Assembly (NCBI GenBank): GCA_002763225.1
Contig: PFAI01000028.1
Coordinates: 1-37,950, forward strand
Direction of reading: 5' to 3'
From: Candidatus Diapherotrites archaeon CG10_big_fil_rev_8_21_14_0_10_31_34
GTDB lineage: Archaea > Iainarchaeota > Iainarchaeia > Iainarchaeales > 1-14-0-10-31-34
DNA: 37,950 bases
A program made the position numbers and the translations under genes. This document shows positions 16,232 to 25,036 of the stretch, piece after piece; the first letter of the stretch is position 1, and each line of letters starts with the position of its first letter. The notes beneath the pieces are model-generated. The model was not told where the DNA came from. It searched no databases and worked only from the letters and a program-made list of their open reading frames with translations.

Positions 16232-16978
16232 TTAGTATCTTTGATTTGATGAACTTTCTCTTCTGTTTGTTGGACCGTCTCTTCTGTCTGAAGTACTGTC
16301 TCTTCTAAGTTGTTTTCCGCCTTTTTTTCCTCTTCTTTTTGCTTCTGCAGTCCTTTTTTCTTTTAGTAATTCTTCTTTTCCTTCTTTTATTTTGTATTCA
16401 AAGTCTTCAACTGTTACTTTGAATTCTTCTTCGTTTTTTATTTCTTTTCTTTCAGTTAAAGTTTTTTTTGCAAGCATCCAGTAAACTAATGCAAGGCTTT
16501 TTCTTCCTTTGTTGTTGACTGGAATAATTAAATCAACATCTTTTGTGTTGTTGTTTGTTGAACATAAGGCTATTATTGGTATTTTCAGTTTTTTTGCTTC
16601 TTTTATTGCCTGAAAATCTGAATCTGGTTCAGTTACAATTAATAAATCTAATTCAAGAAATTTTTTTCCTTCTGGATTAGTAAAGCTTCCTGGAATAAAT
16701 CTTCCAGTTAATGCTTTTCCGCTTGTTGCTTGAGCAAACTGAATTACCGGAGTTTTTCCGTACAATTTTCTTGATGCAACAATTATTTTGTTTTTATCGT
16801 ATTTTGAAATAAATTTTGATGCTATTTCTATTCTTGAGTCAAGTGTTTGAATATCCATTACTTTTAATCCATCATCTCTTCTTTTATAAATATATTTTTT
16901 CATTCCGTCTGTTTTGTATTTTGTTCCAATATGGGCGCCTGTTTTAAGGTATTTTTCTGAGTCAGTACTTTCATTCAT
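16232..16978 (-). CDS. rps2: 30S ribosomal protein S2
   Basis: GAHIGT, GRFIPGSFTNP, IPVNNKGRKSLALVYW. Confidence 0.97.
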   Translation of the reverse strand: MNESTDSEKYLKTGAHIGTKYKTDGMKKYIYKRRDDGLKVMDIQTLDSRIEIASKFISKYDKNKIIVASRKLYGKTPVIQFAQATSGKALTGRFIPGSFTNPEGKKFLELDLLIVTEPDSDFQAIKEAKKLKIPIIALCSTNNNTKDVDLIIPVNNKGRKSLALVYWMLAKKTLTERKEIKNEEEFKVTVEDFEYKIKEGKEELLKEKRTAEAKRRGKKGGKQLRRDSTSDRRDGPTNRRESSSNQRY

Positions 16979-16988
16979 TTTTTATCCC

Positions 16989-17183
16989 TCATTTGCTGTA
17001 TTTTATTATATCGTCCATTAAATCTACGTGGCTTAAAAGCATTCTTCTGCAGCAATATCTGTCTATTCCTAAACTGTTTAATATTTCTTCTGCGTTTTCT
17101 CCTTTTGAAACTCTTTTAGCAAATTCTTCGTAATATTCTCCTACAACTTTCCCGCATGAAAAGCATCTTACTGGAATTATCAT
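16989..17183 (-). CDS. rpoN: RNA polymerase subunit N (Rpo10)
   Basis: [21 protein letters not shown]; start placed at ATG 17183 after the GAGGTGA SD. Confidence 0.97.
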   Translation of the reverse strand: MIIPVRCFSCGKVVGEYYEEFAKRVSKGENAEEILNSLGIDRYCCRRMLLSHVDLMDDIIKYSK

Positions 17184-17190
17184 TTTCATT

Positions 17191-17910
17191 TCACCTCTTT
17201 GAGCTCTGCTTCTTTTTTCTTGCTTTTGTTCCCAATGGTTTTTTTGGTTCAACTCTTCTGTGGTCATCAACCATCAATAATCTATCATATTTAATGTATT
17301 TTTCTTTTAGTTTTTTGTCGTTAGTGTATTCAACTATTGCTTTTGCTATTGCGCTTCTTGCTGTTACTGCTTGGCCCATAAAGCCTCCGCCTTTTACATT
17401 GATTTTAATGTCTGTTTCTTTTATTAAATCTCCGGCCAGTTTTATTGGCTCTAAAATCATTTCTTTAACATAATATGGCTGAACAAATTCGATTTTTCTT
17501 TTGTTTAAAGTTATTTTTCCTGTTCCTGTTTTGATTACTGCTCTTCCAATAGCTCTTTTTTTCTTTGATTTAATCATCATTCCATATTTTTTGCTTCTTT
17601 TTGCCTTTTTTTTCTTTTTTTTTGATGGTTCTGTTTCTTCGTCTTCTGTTGCTTTTTCTTTCATTTCCTCAAATTCTTTTTTTATTTCTTCTTTTTTCTT
17701 TTCCTCTTTTTTTTCAACTGGTTTTTCTTTTATTTCTTTTTTATTTTCAGCAGGAATTTCTTTTTTAAGTTCTTTTGTTTTTTCTTGTGTTTCTTTTTTT
17801 TGGGCTTCTTCTTTTTCTTTTTTAACTGGTTCTTTTTTTGTTTCTTCTATTTTTTCATTTGTTTTTGATGAAACTTTTTCTAAAATTTTCTTTTGTTCTG
17901 TTTCAGTCAT
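17191..17910 (-). CDS. rps9: 30S ribosomal protein S9 with about 110-aa K/E-rich N-terminal extension
   Basis: [32 protein letters not shown]. Confidence 0.96.
   Translation of the reverse strand: MTETEQKKILEKVSSKTNEKIEETKKEPVKKEKEEAQKKETQEKTKELKKEIPAENKKEIKEKPVEKKEEKKKEEIKKEFEEMKEKATEDEETEPSKKKKKKAKRSKKYGMMIKSKKKRAIGRAVIKTGTGKITLNKRKIEFVQPYYVKEMILEPIKLAGDLIKETDIKINVKGGGFMGQAVTARSAIAKAIVEYTNDKKLKEKYIKYDRLLMVDDHRRVEPKKPLGTKARKKKQSSKR
17863..17890 (+). repeat. TTTTGAT-hairpin unit in the rps9 N-terminal extension
   Basis: TTTTGAT GAAACTTTT tct AAAATTTTC; encodes KILEKVSSK. Confidence 0.75.
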
Positions 17911-17914
17911 TTAA

Positions 17915-18334
17915 TCACCATTTTGCTCCAAGCAATTTGCTTATTTCCCCTAATTGAACTGTTTTTTCGTTTGTCTGGCTTTTTGCTTCTTTTATTTCAA
18001 AAAAATCTTTTTTGTTGAATTCTTCTGGTTCTCCAATATAAACTTTAAGTTTTTTTCCTGCTTCTTTTCCTCTTTTGTTTTTTTTGGGAAGCATTCCTGT
18101 TACTGCTTTTTTGAATAATGCATCAGGTCTTCTTGGGTATTTTGGGCCATAATTTGGGTTAGAATGAACTGAAGCATCAACTTTTTTCTTGTATCTGCTT
18201 AAAATAAATTCTTTTGATCCGGTAATTAATACTTTTTCTGCGTTAACTACCTCAATTTTTTCCCCGTTTAAGAGTTTTTCACTTATTTTTGATGCAAGTC
18301 TTCCTAATATGAGTCCTTTTGCGTTTATTATCAT
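17915..18334 (-). CDS. rpl13: 50S ribosomal protein L13
   Basis: ILGRLAS, NAEK, GPKYPRRPD, GMLP; ATG 18334. Confidence 0.96.
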   Translation of the reverse strand: MIINAKGLILGRLASKISEKLLNGEKIEVVNAEKVLITGSKEFILSRYKKKVDASVHSNPNYGPKYPRRPDALFKKAVTGMLPKKNKRGKEAGKKLKVYIGEPEEFNKKDFFEIKEAKSQTNEKTVQLGEISKLLGAKW

Positions 18335-18343
18335 TTTATTCAC

Positions 18344-18700
18344 CTATTTTACCAGCATTAATTCTTTTGCGTCAATTTTGATTGCTTCCTCTAAACTTAA
18401 TACTTTTCCGTTTTTTGCTTTAATTTTTTCTGCTGCTGTTTCAGAGAATTCTAATGCAGCAACATTTAATTGTTTTGTGATTTCTCCTTTTCCCAATACT
18501 TTTCCTGTAACTAAAAAAGTTTTATTTTGGAATTTGTTTGATAATTTTTCTATTTTCCATAAGTTTATGCTTAATCTTTTTCTTCTTGGAGCGTTTATTC
18601 TGTCAGCTACTTCTTTCCATATCTTTTTATTTTTTCCTTCTTTTTTTAGAAAGGAAATTAATTTTTTTGTTTTTTCTTTTGTTGGTCCAGTTCTTTTCAT
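18344..18700 (-). CDS. rpl18e: 50S ribosomal protein L18e
   Basis: TGPT, IWK.VA, GKVLGKG, AALEFS; ATG 18700. Confidence 0.96.
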   Translation of the reverse strand: MKRTGPTKEKTKKLISFLKKEGKNKKIWKEVADRINAPRRKRLSINLWKIEKLSNKFQNKTFLVTGKVLGKGEITKQLNVAALEFSETAAEKIKAKNGKVLSLEEAIKIDAKELMLVK

Positions 18701-18736
18701 TTTTATCACTTTATTTTTGGAAATTTTTTATTTTGT

Positions 18737-18817
18737 TTTTGATTAAACTTTTTTCTAAAAGTTTTTAGCAGTGTTATTGAAAATAGCACGCTCTCTTCGC
18801 GCGAGCAGGCGCGAAGA
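18737..18817. repeat. TTTTGAT-hairpin unit plus two further hairpins downstream of tRNA-Leu
   Basis: Unit at 18737-18764; GTGTTATT gaa AATAGCAC 18771-18789; TCTTCGCGC gagcag GCGCGAAGA 18794-18817. Confidence 0.8.
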
Positions 18818-18979
18818 TGCAGGAGGAGAGATTCGAACTCTCGAAGGCACTAAGCCACAGGATCGCTTAAAACATTAAAATAATGTTTTTGCCCAAGCAA
18901 ACTTTTTTGATACAACTTTTTTTCTAAAAAGGTTGTGTTTTCTTAAGTCCTGCCCCGTTGACCGCTTGGGTACCCCTGC
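18818..18979 (-). tRNA. tRNA-Leu(UAA) with a 78-nt intron at position 37/38 (intron 18864-18941)
   Basis: Acceptor GCAGGGG/CTCCTGC-A; anticodon arm CAGGA CT TAA G|A TCCTG; long variable arm; GAGAG TTCGAAT CTCTC T-arm; canonical BHB (CUUA/UAAG helix, AGA and CGA bulges, AAACA/UGUUU flank); CCA not encoded. Confidence 0.96.
18905..18937 (+). repeat. TTTTGAT-hairpin unit inside the tRNA intron
   Basis: TTTTGA TACAACTTTTTT tct AAAAAGGTTGTG. Confidence 0.85.
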
Positions 18980-18985
18980 ATTATA

Positions 18986-19558
18986 CTATTTTGTGCTTAA
19001 TGCTTTTCTTAACCCTTCTGTTTTTTCTTTTATTTCTTGTGCTGCTTGAATTAAGATTTCTTTGGGTTCCATACCTCCAAATGATTCTAAATTTATTGTG
19101 AATAAATCTTTATCGTAATTATAGCTTAGTACTCCTGAAATCCATTTTGTGTGGGTTTTTCCTGAATCAACTACTGCATCCATTTCTGCTTTTAGTTTTT
19201 GACCTTTCCCTAGTTTTAATATTGGAATTTTTTTGTCTACTACTTCTATTTTTGGGTCAGTGCTTCTCACGTCTTTTGAGTAAACTGTACAAGGCCCTTC
19301 TTTTTCTATCATTAATGTCACTTTGTCTTTTGTTTTGTATGTTTTTGGGTCTCCTTGAATTGGAAGCATTCCCATTCTGTGTGAAAGCATTTCATTGAAC
19401 ATTACTGAAGTGTTTTCATAAATATTTATTGAGTCTACTGCAAAGCTTTTAACATTTGTTTGAATTGCTCTTCTTATGCCGTTTACAAATGCAGGGTTAG
19501 TGCCTTTTAATTGGAATTTTATTTTTCTATCCCCTTTTTTTATTTGTTTTATTTCCAT
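18986..19558 (-). CDS. rpoD: RNA polymerase subunit D (Rpo3), lacking the Fe-S domain
   Basis: NGIRRAI, ENTSVMFNEMLSHRMGMLP, GPCTVYSKD, PILKLGKGQ; 190 aa. Confidence 0.95.
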   Translation of the reverse strand: MEIKQIKKGDRKIKFQLKGTNPAFVNGIRRAIQTNVKSFAVDSINIYENTSVMFNEMLSHRMGMLPIQGDPKTYKTKDKVTLMIEKEGPCTVYSKDVRSTDPKIEVVDKKIPILKLGKGQKLKAEMDAVVDSGKTHTKWISGVLSYNYDKDLFTINLESFGGMEPKEILIQAAQEIKEKTEGLRKALSTK

Positions 19559-19569
19559 TCAATCACCAA

Positions 19570-19953
19570 CTACTTTTTCTTTCCTCTAAATCTTTTCTTT
19601 TTTCTGCATCCATTGTGTGGCAGTGGAGTAACATTTTCTATTGTTCTTATTCTTAATCCTGCTCTTGTTAAACTTCTTATTGCTGCTTCTGCTCCTTGTC
19701 CAGGGTTTTTTGATCTTATTCCCCCTTGACCTCTTACTTTAACTATTACTTCTGTTATTGATTTTTCTTTTGCTTTGTCTGCTACTATTTCTGCTACTTT
19801 CATTGCAGCATAAGGGGATCCTTCTTTGTGTTGTGCTTTTACTACTACTCCTCCGGAACATTGTGCTATTGTTTCTTGTCCTGTAATATCAGTCAATAAA
19901 ATTATTGTGTTATTATGTGATGCATAAATATGAATTATTCCTTTTTTGCTCAT
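19570..19953 (-). CDS. rps11: 30S ribosomal protein S11
   Basis: HIYASHNNT, SPYAAM, PGQGAEAAIR, VTPLPHNG. Confidence 0.97.
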   Translation of the reverse strand: MSKKGIIHIYASHNNTIILLTDITGQETIAQCSGGVVVKAQHKEGSPYAAMKVAEIVADKAKEKSITEVIVKVRGQGGIRSKNPGQGAEAAIRSLTRAGLRIRTIENVTPLPHNGCRKKKRFRGKKK

Positions 19954-20720
19954 TTTTTGTCTCCCTCTTTAGGTTTTTCTTCAGTTTTTTGCTCTTTTTT
20001 TTCTATTGGCTTTTCTTCAACTTTTTTCTCTTCTTTAACTGGTTTTTCTGTTTTCTTTTCTTCTTTTTTTTCATCAATTTTTTCTTTTTTGATTTCTTTT
20101 GGTTTTTCTTTTACTTCAACTTTTTCTTTTTTTTCAATTGGAGTTCCTTTTTTCTTTTCTTCGATTTTAAAAACTTTTTCTTCAAAAGAGGATTGTTTAA
20201 AATCTTTTTTGATTTCTTTTGTTGGTTTTTCTGTTGTAAGTTTTAATGCTTTTTTGTAGTAAGTTATTTTGCTTTCTTCTTCTGCTTTAACTATACATGA
20301 AGGGGTTTTTACTTTTTTTCCGTTTATTGCAATATGCCCGTGTACAATAAATTGTCTTGCTTGTTTTGGGGTGTTTGCCATTCCTTTTCTCCAAATAATT
20401 GTTTCAAGTCTTCTTTCAAGGAATTCTTCTATTTTTAATCCTAATACATCATCTAATATCGCGTTTCCTTTTAGTATTCCTATTGCTTTTAGGCTGTCAA
20501 GCAATTCTTTTTCTCTTTTGAGTCTTTTTTCTAATTCTAATGCTAATAGTTTTCTTGCATTCTGTCTTTTCTTTTTTAGCATTTTTTCTGTCATCCAAAG
20601 CTCTTTTTTGTTTTTTAATCCATAGTCTTCTTTTAATTTTCTTTCTTCTTCTAGCCTTGTGCTATCCCAAGGTTTTCTTGGTCTGCTAAATTTACTTTTT
20701 AATTTCTTTGGATCTCCCAT
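19950..20720 (-). CDS. rps4: 30S ribosomal protein S4 with K/E-rich C-terminal extension
   Basis: MGDPKK, YGLKNKKELW, LERRL, ARQFIVHGHI. Confidence 0.97.
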   Translation of the reverse strand: MGDPKKLKSKFSRPRKPWDSTRLEEERKLKEDYGLKNKKELWMTEKMLKKKRQNARKLLALELEKRLKREKELLDSLKAIGILKGNAILDDVLGLKIEEFLERRLETIIWRKGMANTPKQARQFIVHGHIAINGKKVKTPSCIVKAEEESKITYYKKALKLTTEKPTKEIKKDFKQSSFEEKVFKIEEKKKGTPIEKKEKVEVKEKPKEIKKEKIDEKKEEKKTEKPVKEEKKVEEKPIEKKEQKTEEKPKEGDKK

Positions 20721-20730
20721 TGTTATTCAC

Positions 20731-21198
20731 CTATTTTTTTGCATCCTTTTTTTGTACTCCTACTGCTGGTCCTTTTCCTCTATGAGTTGATTTTGTTTTT
20801 TGTCCTCTTACTGTTAACCCCCAGCCTCTTCTTAGTCCTCTGTAACTTTTTATTTTGCTCATTCTTTGATGGATGTTTCTTTCATCAAAATCTAAATCTG
20901 CCATTATTAAGTGTTTGTCTTCTCCTGTGTCATATTCTTTTTGTCTGTTTAAGTTCCATAAAGGAACCTTGAATTTTTCCGGGTTTAATACAATTTCTTC
21001 TAATTTTTTGTCTTTGTCTTCTGGTAATTCTCCCATTTTTGAATCCCATTTTATTCCTGTTTCTTTTTCAAACATTTTGGCTATAATTTTTGCTATTCTG
21101 TGGCTTACCCCTTTTATTTCCATTAATGCTTTTGGGATTTTTGATTTTCCATTTAAATCTTTGTTTGCTATTCTTACTATTAATCTTAATTCTGCCAT
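20731..21198 (-). CDS. rps13: 30S ribosomal protein S13
   Basis: SYRGLR..GLTVRGQKTKSTHR. Confidence 0.97.
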   Translation of the reverse strand: MAELRLIVRIANKDLNGKSKIPKALMEIKGVSHRIAKIIAKMFEKETGIKWDSKMGELPEDKDKKLEEIVLNPEKFKVPLWNLNRQKEYDTGEDKHLIMADLDFDERNIHQRMSKIKSYRGLRRGWGLTVRGQKTKSTHRGKGPAVGVQKKDAKK

Positions 21199-21202
21199 TT
21201 AA

Positions 21203-21379
21203 TTACACCTTTTTTATTTCTTTTGTCGGATACAAATGCCTGATGTTTATTTTTCCTTTTTTTACTTCTTTTCCTTCTACAAAAGCATAGTTTCCTTTAA
21301 CTGAAGTTACAACTACTTTTTTTCCTGTTTTTCTTCCTTTTCTTATAATACATATTCTGCCTGAATCAATTAACTGCAT
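21203..21379 (-). CDS. rpl14e: 50S ribosomal protein L14e (58 aa; below the ORF-track cut-off)
   Basis: Manual translation MQLIDSGRICIIRKGRKTGKKVVVTSVKGNYAFVEGKEVKKGKINIRHLYPTKEIKKV*; KOW fold; position after cmk. Confidence 0.92.
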   Translation of the reverse strand: MQLIDSGRICIIRKGRKTGKKVVVTSVKGNYAFVEGKEVKKGKINIRHLYPTKEIKKV

Positions 21380-21383
21380 AATA

Positions 21384-21896
21384 TCACTCTTTGTGCATTT
21401 TCTCCAAATATTTTTTTATTATTCCAATTATACTGTCTTGTTCTAGTTTGTCAATGTTTACAACTAAATCATAAACTTGTAAATCATAAATATTTATTCC
21501 ATAATTATTCAAAAAACTTTTTTCTTGTTCTCTTTCTTTCATTTCAATTGAGTCTATTGCTTCTCTCATTGGAATTTTTTGTTTTTCTGAAATTGTTTTT
21601 GCCCTTATTTTTTTATAGGATTTCAAAAAAACTTTTAAATCTGCATTATTTATTGTCCATGCTCCTAATGTATGGTCAATTATTATATCGTTTTTTTTGG
21701 CTTCTTGTTCTATTATTTGTTTTATTTTTTCAGTGAATTCTTCTTCTTTTATTTTTTCTATTGGCAAGTTTGTTTCTACTGCAATTCTTTTTTTTATTTC
21801 ATTAGCTGAAAAATATCTTAATCCTACTTGTAATGCCAGCAATTTGCTTAGTTCTTTTGTTTCTGTTCCTGGAAAGCTTGTTATTGTTATAATCAT
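21384..21896 (-). CDS. cmk: Cytidylate kinase homologue with degenerate P-loop
   Basis: MIITIT.., ADLKVFL, RAK.I, RE..F...YGINI.DL.VYDLVVN; position between rpl34e and rpl14e. Confidence 0.8.
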   Translation of the reverse strand: MIITITSFPGTETKELSKLLALQVGLRYFSANEIKKRIAVETNLPIEKIKEEEFTEKIKQIIEQEAKKNDIIIDHTLGAWTINNADLKVFLKSYKKIRAKTISEKQKIPMREAIDSIEMKEREQEKSFLNNYGINIYDLQVYDLVVNIDKLEQDSIIGIIKKYLEKMHKE

Positions 21897-22234
21897 TTTA
21901 TCATCTCAATCATTTGTTTTACATAGTTTTTTGTTTTTAGTTCCAAGTCTTGTTCTTTTTTTTCTTTTGAAATTATTTTTATTGCTTCATCTGTTATTTG
22001 TGTTCTGCATTTTGAACATAACATTCCTCCAAATGCTACTGAAGGCCTTTTTTGTGTTTTGCTTAGCTTACTTATTTTTCCAATTGATTTTGAGTGTGGT
22101 GTTCCATGCAGTACGTTTTTGCATAATGCACATGCATGCTTTGCTTTTTTTTCTTTGGTGTAATACGCCTTGCTTTTTCCTTTAATGCTTTTTCTAAATT
22201 TTTTTTTCTTGTTTTTGTCTTTTGGTTGAGTCAT
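21893..22234 (-). CDS. rpl34e: 50S ribosomal protein L34e
   Basis: CALC..LHG, KRPSVAFGG.LCSKC. Confidence 0.95.
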   Translation of the reverse strand: MTQPKDKNKKKKFRKSIKGKSKAYYTKEKKAKHACALCKNVLHGTPHSKSIGKISKLSKTQKRPSVAFGGMLCSKCRTQITDEAIKIISKEKKEQDLELKTKNYVKQMIEMIK

Positions 22235-22247
22235 AAAATCCCTTTGT

Positions 22248-22703
22248 TTATTTCATTTCACTTTTTTCTACTGCTTTCATTATTAAATTAAATACAATGC
22301 TGAATCCAATGCTTGAAATAATATACCATACAATGTGCGGCGGAAAGAAAAATTGCGGCACAATCCAGCCAAATACATTAAATGTTTCTTCTTTGTATGC
22401 ACTTACAAATAAATAAAATATTGGAATTATCACTATAAAGGATGCAATCATGAATTTTTGCATTCCTTTAAACATTTCTTTCATGTCATGCATTAATTCC
22501 ATATTTAATTTTTCTGCTTCTTTTTTTGATTGTTCATCTCCTTTACTCATTAATTCTTTTAATTTTTTTTGTTTTTCTTTCATGCCATCTTGTTTTGCTT
22601 TTTGTGCTTTTTTGTCCATTAATTTTCTTTGCAATGCCTGAGAGATTACCCCTACAAGTATTGCAAGAAGAGTTATGTCTATTACTGCACTAAATACAAC
22701 CAT
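22248..22703 (-). CDS. DUF106 / EMC3-TMCO1 (Oxa1 superfamily) membrane protein
   Basis: TM - coiled coil - TM - WYIISS TM; position between secY and rpl34e. Confidence 0.88.
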   Translation of the reverse strand: MVVFSAVIDITLLAILVGVISQALQRKLMDKKAQKAKQDGMKEKQKKLKELMSKGDEQSKKEAEKLNMELMHDMKEMFKGMQKFMIASFIVIIPIFYLFVSAYKEETFNVFGWIVPQFFFPPHIVWYIISSIGFSIVFNLIMKAVEKSEMK

Positions 22704-22793
22704 AAAAAATTCACTTTAAAAAATTTAATTAAAATCACGTAAAAAAGGTTTAACACTTATTATTTTATTTAACATCATAGTTTTAAACCTTGT

Positions 22794-24149
22794 TTAACCC
22801 CCAAATAATTTTTTCATTAATGGATTTGTTTCCATTAACTGTTGTTTTGCTAATTCTTCGTATAATCTGTAAACAATTCCTACTGTCAGTAAGATTCCTG
22901 TCCCTGATCCTAATGCACTTGTTAAATCTGCTAATCCTGCTAATAATCCGACAAAAATTGAACCTAAAATGGTGATTGGAGGAATATATCTGTTTAAAAT
23001 GCTTTTAATTATTCTTGGGTCTCTTCTGAATCCAGGAATATACATTCCTGATTTGCTTAACTGGTTGCTTACTGCTTCTGGTCCTTGTCCTCCCATTTCA
23101 ACCCAAAATCTTCCAAATACCACACAAGCTAATAATAAAATAATCAAATAAACTATTGCATGGAATATTTTTGGTAATGCAGCACTTAATCCTGAATAAG
23201 CCAGTGTTTCAATTAAATCATATGGTACTGTTACATAAAATGCAATTGTTTTCATTATTGGTCCAATAAATTCTCCTATAAAAGGTATTCCTGGAGAAAT
23301 TATTGCCCATAACTGTATGTTTGCAAATAATGCTACAGCTAAAATAACTGGAATATTTGAAACATATAATAATTTTACAGGAAATCTTCCTCCTGTTCCT
23401 CTTCGCCCCATTGTAATTGGAATATTTACATGCATTCCTTCAGCATAAACTACTACAAAGAATACTGTTAATGTTGCAATTACTGGCAGCAGCATTAAAA
23501 AATTTATTCCTGTTGCAAAAGAAGCAATAAACTGCCAGATTATTCCTGTTGCCTGCCCTGCGCTTTCCGGAGTTCCAATTGCAAAAGCTCTCCAGAAAAT
23601 TGATTCTGATACTCCTCCTGCAATAAACAATCCAATTCCTGAACCTATTCCATATTTTGATACTACTTCATCTAAATACAATAATATAATTGAACCAAAT
23701 GCAACCTGAAGTATTACAAATCCAGCCATTCCTTCTGATGGTAAAAGCATTCCTGAAATAGTGTAAACTCCTGCTTCAAAAAAACATAAAACTACTGCAA
23801 ACAGTTTTTGTAAACCAGAAAATCTTGCTTTATCTTTTGGATTTGATAAATCAATATTAATTAGTTTTCCTCCTACAAGCAGCTGAAGAATGATTGAAGC
23901 CAAAACAATTGGGCCGATTCCAACAGTAATTAATGTCCCGATTTTTGAAGCCAAAATTACCTGTAAATTAGTTAGAGCTCCTGCAGATGACGGGTTTATC
24001 CCGATTACTGCAATGTTTCCCATTACAAAAAACAAAACTAAAGCTAATGCACTCCAAAGCATTTTTTTCTTTAATGGGGGAGCTATTTCTGGGACTTTAA
24101 CTTCTGGCAGCATTCTGTAAACAGGCTCTAGTATATCTAGAATACTCAT
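22794..24149 (-). CDS. secY: Protein translocase subunit SecY
   Basis: GIGPIV.ASII.QLL, KYGIGSGIGLFI, LYVSNIPVIL, IPGFRRD, GTGILLTV. Confidence 0.98.
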   Translation of the reverse strand: MSILDILEPVYRMLPEVKVPEIAPPLKKKMLWSALALVLFFVMGNIAVIGINPSSAGALTNLQVILASKIGTLITVGIGPIVLASIILQLLVGGKLINIDLSNPKDKARFSGLQKLFAVVLCFFEAGVYTISGMLLPSEGMAGFVILQVAFGSIILLYLDEVVSKYGIGSGIGLFIAGGVSESIFWRAFAIGTPESAGQATGIIWQFIASFATGINFLMLLPVIATLTVFFVVVYAEGMHVNIPITMGRRGTGGRFPVKLLYVSNIPVILAVALFANIQLWAIISPGIPFIGEFIGPIMKTIAFYVTVPYDLIETLAYSGLSAALPKIFHAIVYLIILLLACVVFGRFWVEMGGQGPEAVSNQLSKSGMYIPGFRRDPRIIKSILNRYIPPITILGSIFVGLLAGLADLTSALGSGTGILLTVGIVYRLYEELAKQQLMETNPLMKKLFGG

Positions 24150-24559
24150 TTAATTTTGCCCCCTAATTCTTCTATTTTTTCTTTTGCTTTTTCTACTGCC
24201 TTAACATTTGTTGTTTCAATTTTAATTGTTGTTTGGCCTCTTCCAAGGATTTTGTCTAACCCGCATTTTTTTCCATCTACTATAAAAACATCATTATTTT
24301 TTTCAACTAATTTTTTTTCTAGTTTTTTGTTTAAATATTTTTCTAAATCAGCTATATTTACTGCGTCTCCTTTTTGTTTTGGCTTTAATCTGATTTTTAC
24401 TCCGAATTCAGTGTAATATTTGCTGAATTTGTGTTTATGGCTTCCGGCTTTTCCTACTCCTCCTCTGACTCCTGCTCCTCTTCTGTTTTTCGTGTCTCCT
24501 TTTCCATGAGATCTTTGTCCTCTGAGCTTGTTTGTTTTTTTCTGTCTTCTTACAACCAT
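24146..24559 (-). CDS. rpl15: 50S ribosomal protein L15
   Basis: RGQRSHG.G..RGAG.RGG.G.AG, KILGRG. Confidence 0.96.
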   Translation of the reverse strand: MVVRRQKKTNKLRGQRSHGKGDTKNRRGAGVRGGVGKAGSHKHKFSKYYTEFGVKIRLKPKQKGDAVNIADLEKYLNKKLEKKLVEKNNDVFIVDGKKCGLDKILGRGQTTIKIETTNVKAVEKAKEKIEELGGKIK

Positions 24560-24568
24560 TTTTACACC

Positions 24569-25030
24569 TTAAACCATTTTGTTAATTAATTTGTTTATTT
24601 CTGTTGCCCTATAGCCTAATGCACCTCCAATAGAATAAGCTTTTTTTATTCCTGCTCTTTCATATCCTTTTTTTGGAGGTTTTAACCTGAACACAGGTTT
24701 TATTTCTAAATCTTTTAATTGAATTTCTTCTTTGATTATTTTTTCTGCTAATTCCTTAAATGAATTAATCTTTTTTTCTTTTAAGTATTCTATTAATACT
24801 TTTTTGTTCCCTTTCAAAAAAGCTCTTTTTGAGAGAACTTTTTCTAAGGTTTCAGCTTCTATTTCTCCGTAAGTTACATAGTCTTTTACTTTTTCAACCA
24901 TTTTTTTCATTTGCTTTTTTTCTGAAATCAAAACCAAATGGTTTACTCTGAATAACCTTAGCATTTTCATTGTATCGTTTATTTCGATTTTTGTTCTAAT
25001 GCTTCCTCTAACTCTTATTACTGCCAACAT
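24569..25030 (-). CDS. rpl30: 50S ribosomal protein L30
   Basis: AVIRVRG, VKDYVTYGE, FRLKPP.KG. Confidence 0.96.
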   Translation of the reverse strand: MLAVIRVRGSIRTKIEINDTMKMLRLFRVNHLVLISEKKQMKKMVEKVKDYVTYGEIEAETLEKVLSKRAFLKGNKKVLIEYLKEKKINSFKELAEKIIKEEIQLKDLEIKPVFRLKPPKKGYERAGIKKAYSIGGALGYRATEINKLINKMV

Positions 25031-25036
25031 TTTTTA

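Noticed and set aside
17184..17270. N-terminal extension of RpoN given by the ORF track (similarly the upstream starts for the CAAX protease, rpl13, rpl18e, rpl6 and rps8)
   Set aside because: The upstream starts overlap the previous gene or are the GTG within the GGTGA SD. Downstream ATGs match the conserved N-termini.
22745..22791. AAGGTTTAA...TTAAACCTT inverted repeat in the secY-DUF106 spacer
   Set aside because: Short, AT-rich, with a long loop; could be promoter sequence or chance. No adk remnant was recognisable either.
24827..24853. TTTTGAGAGAACTTTTTCTAAGGTTTC in rpl30 as another repeat copy
   Set aside because: Foot and stem are both imperfect and it lies in the conserved protein core (TLEKVLSKR); may be chance, so it was not counted.
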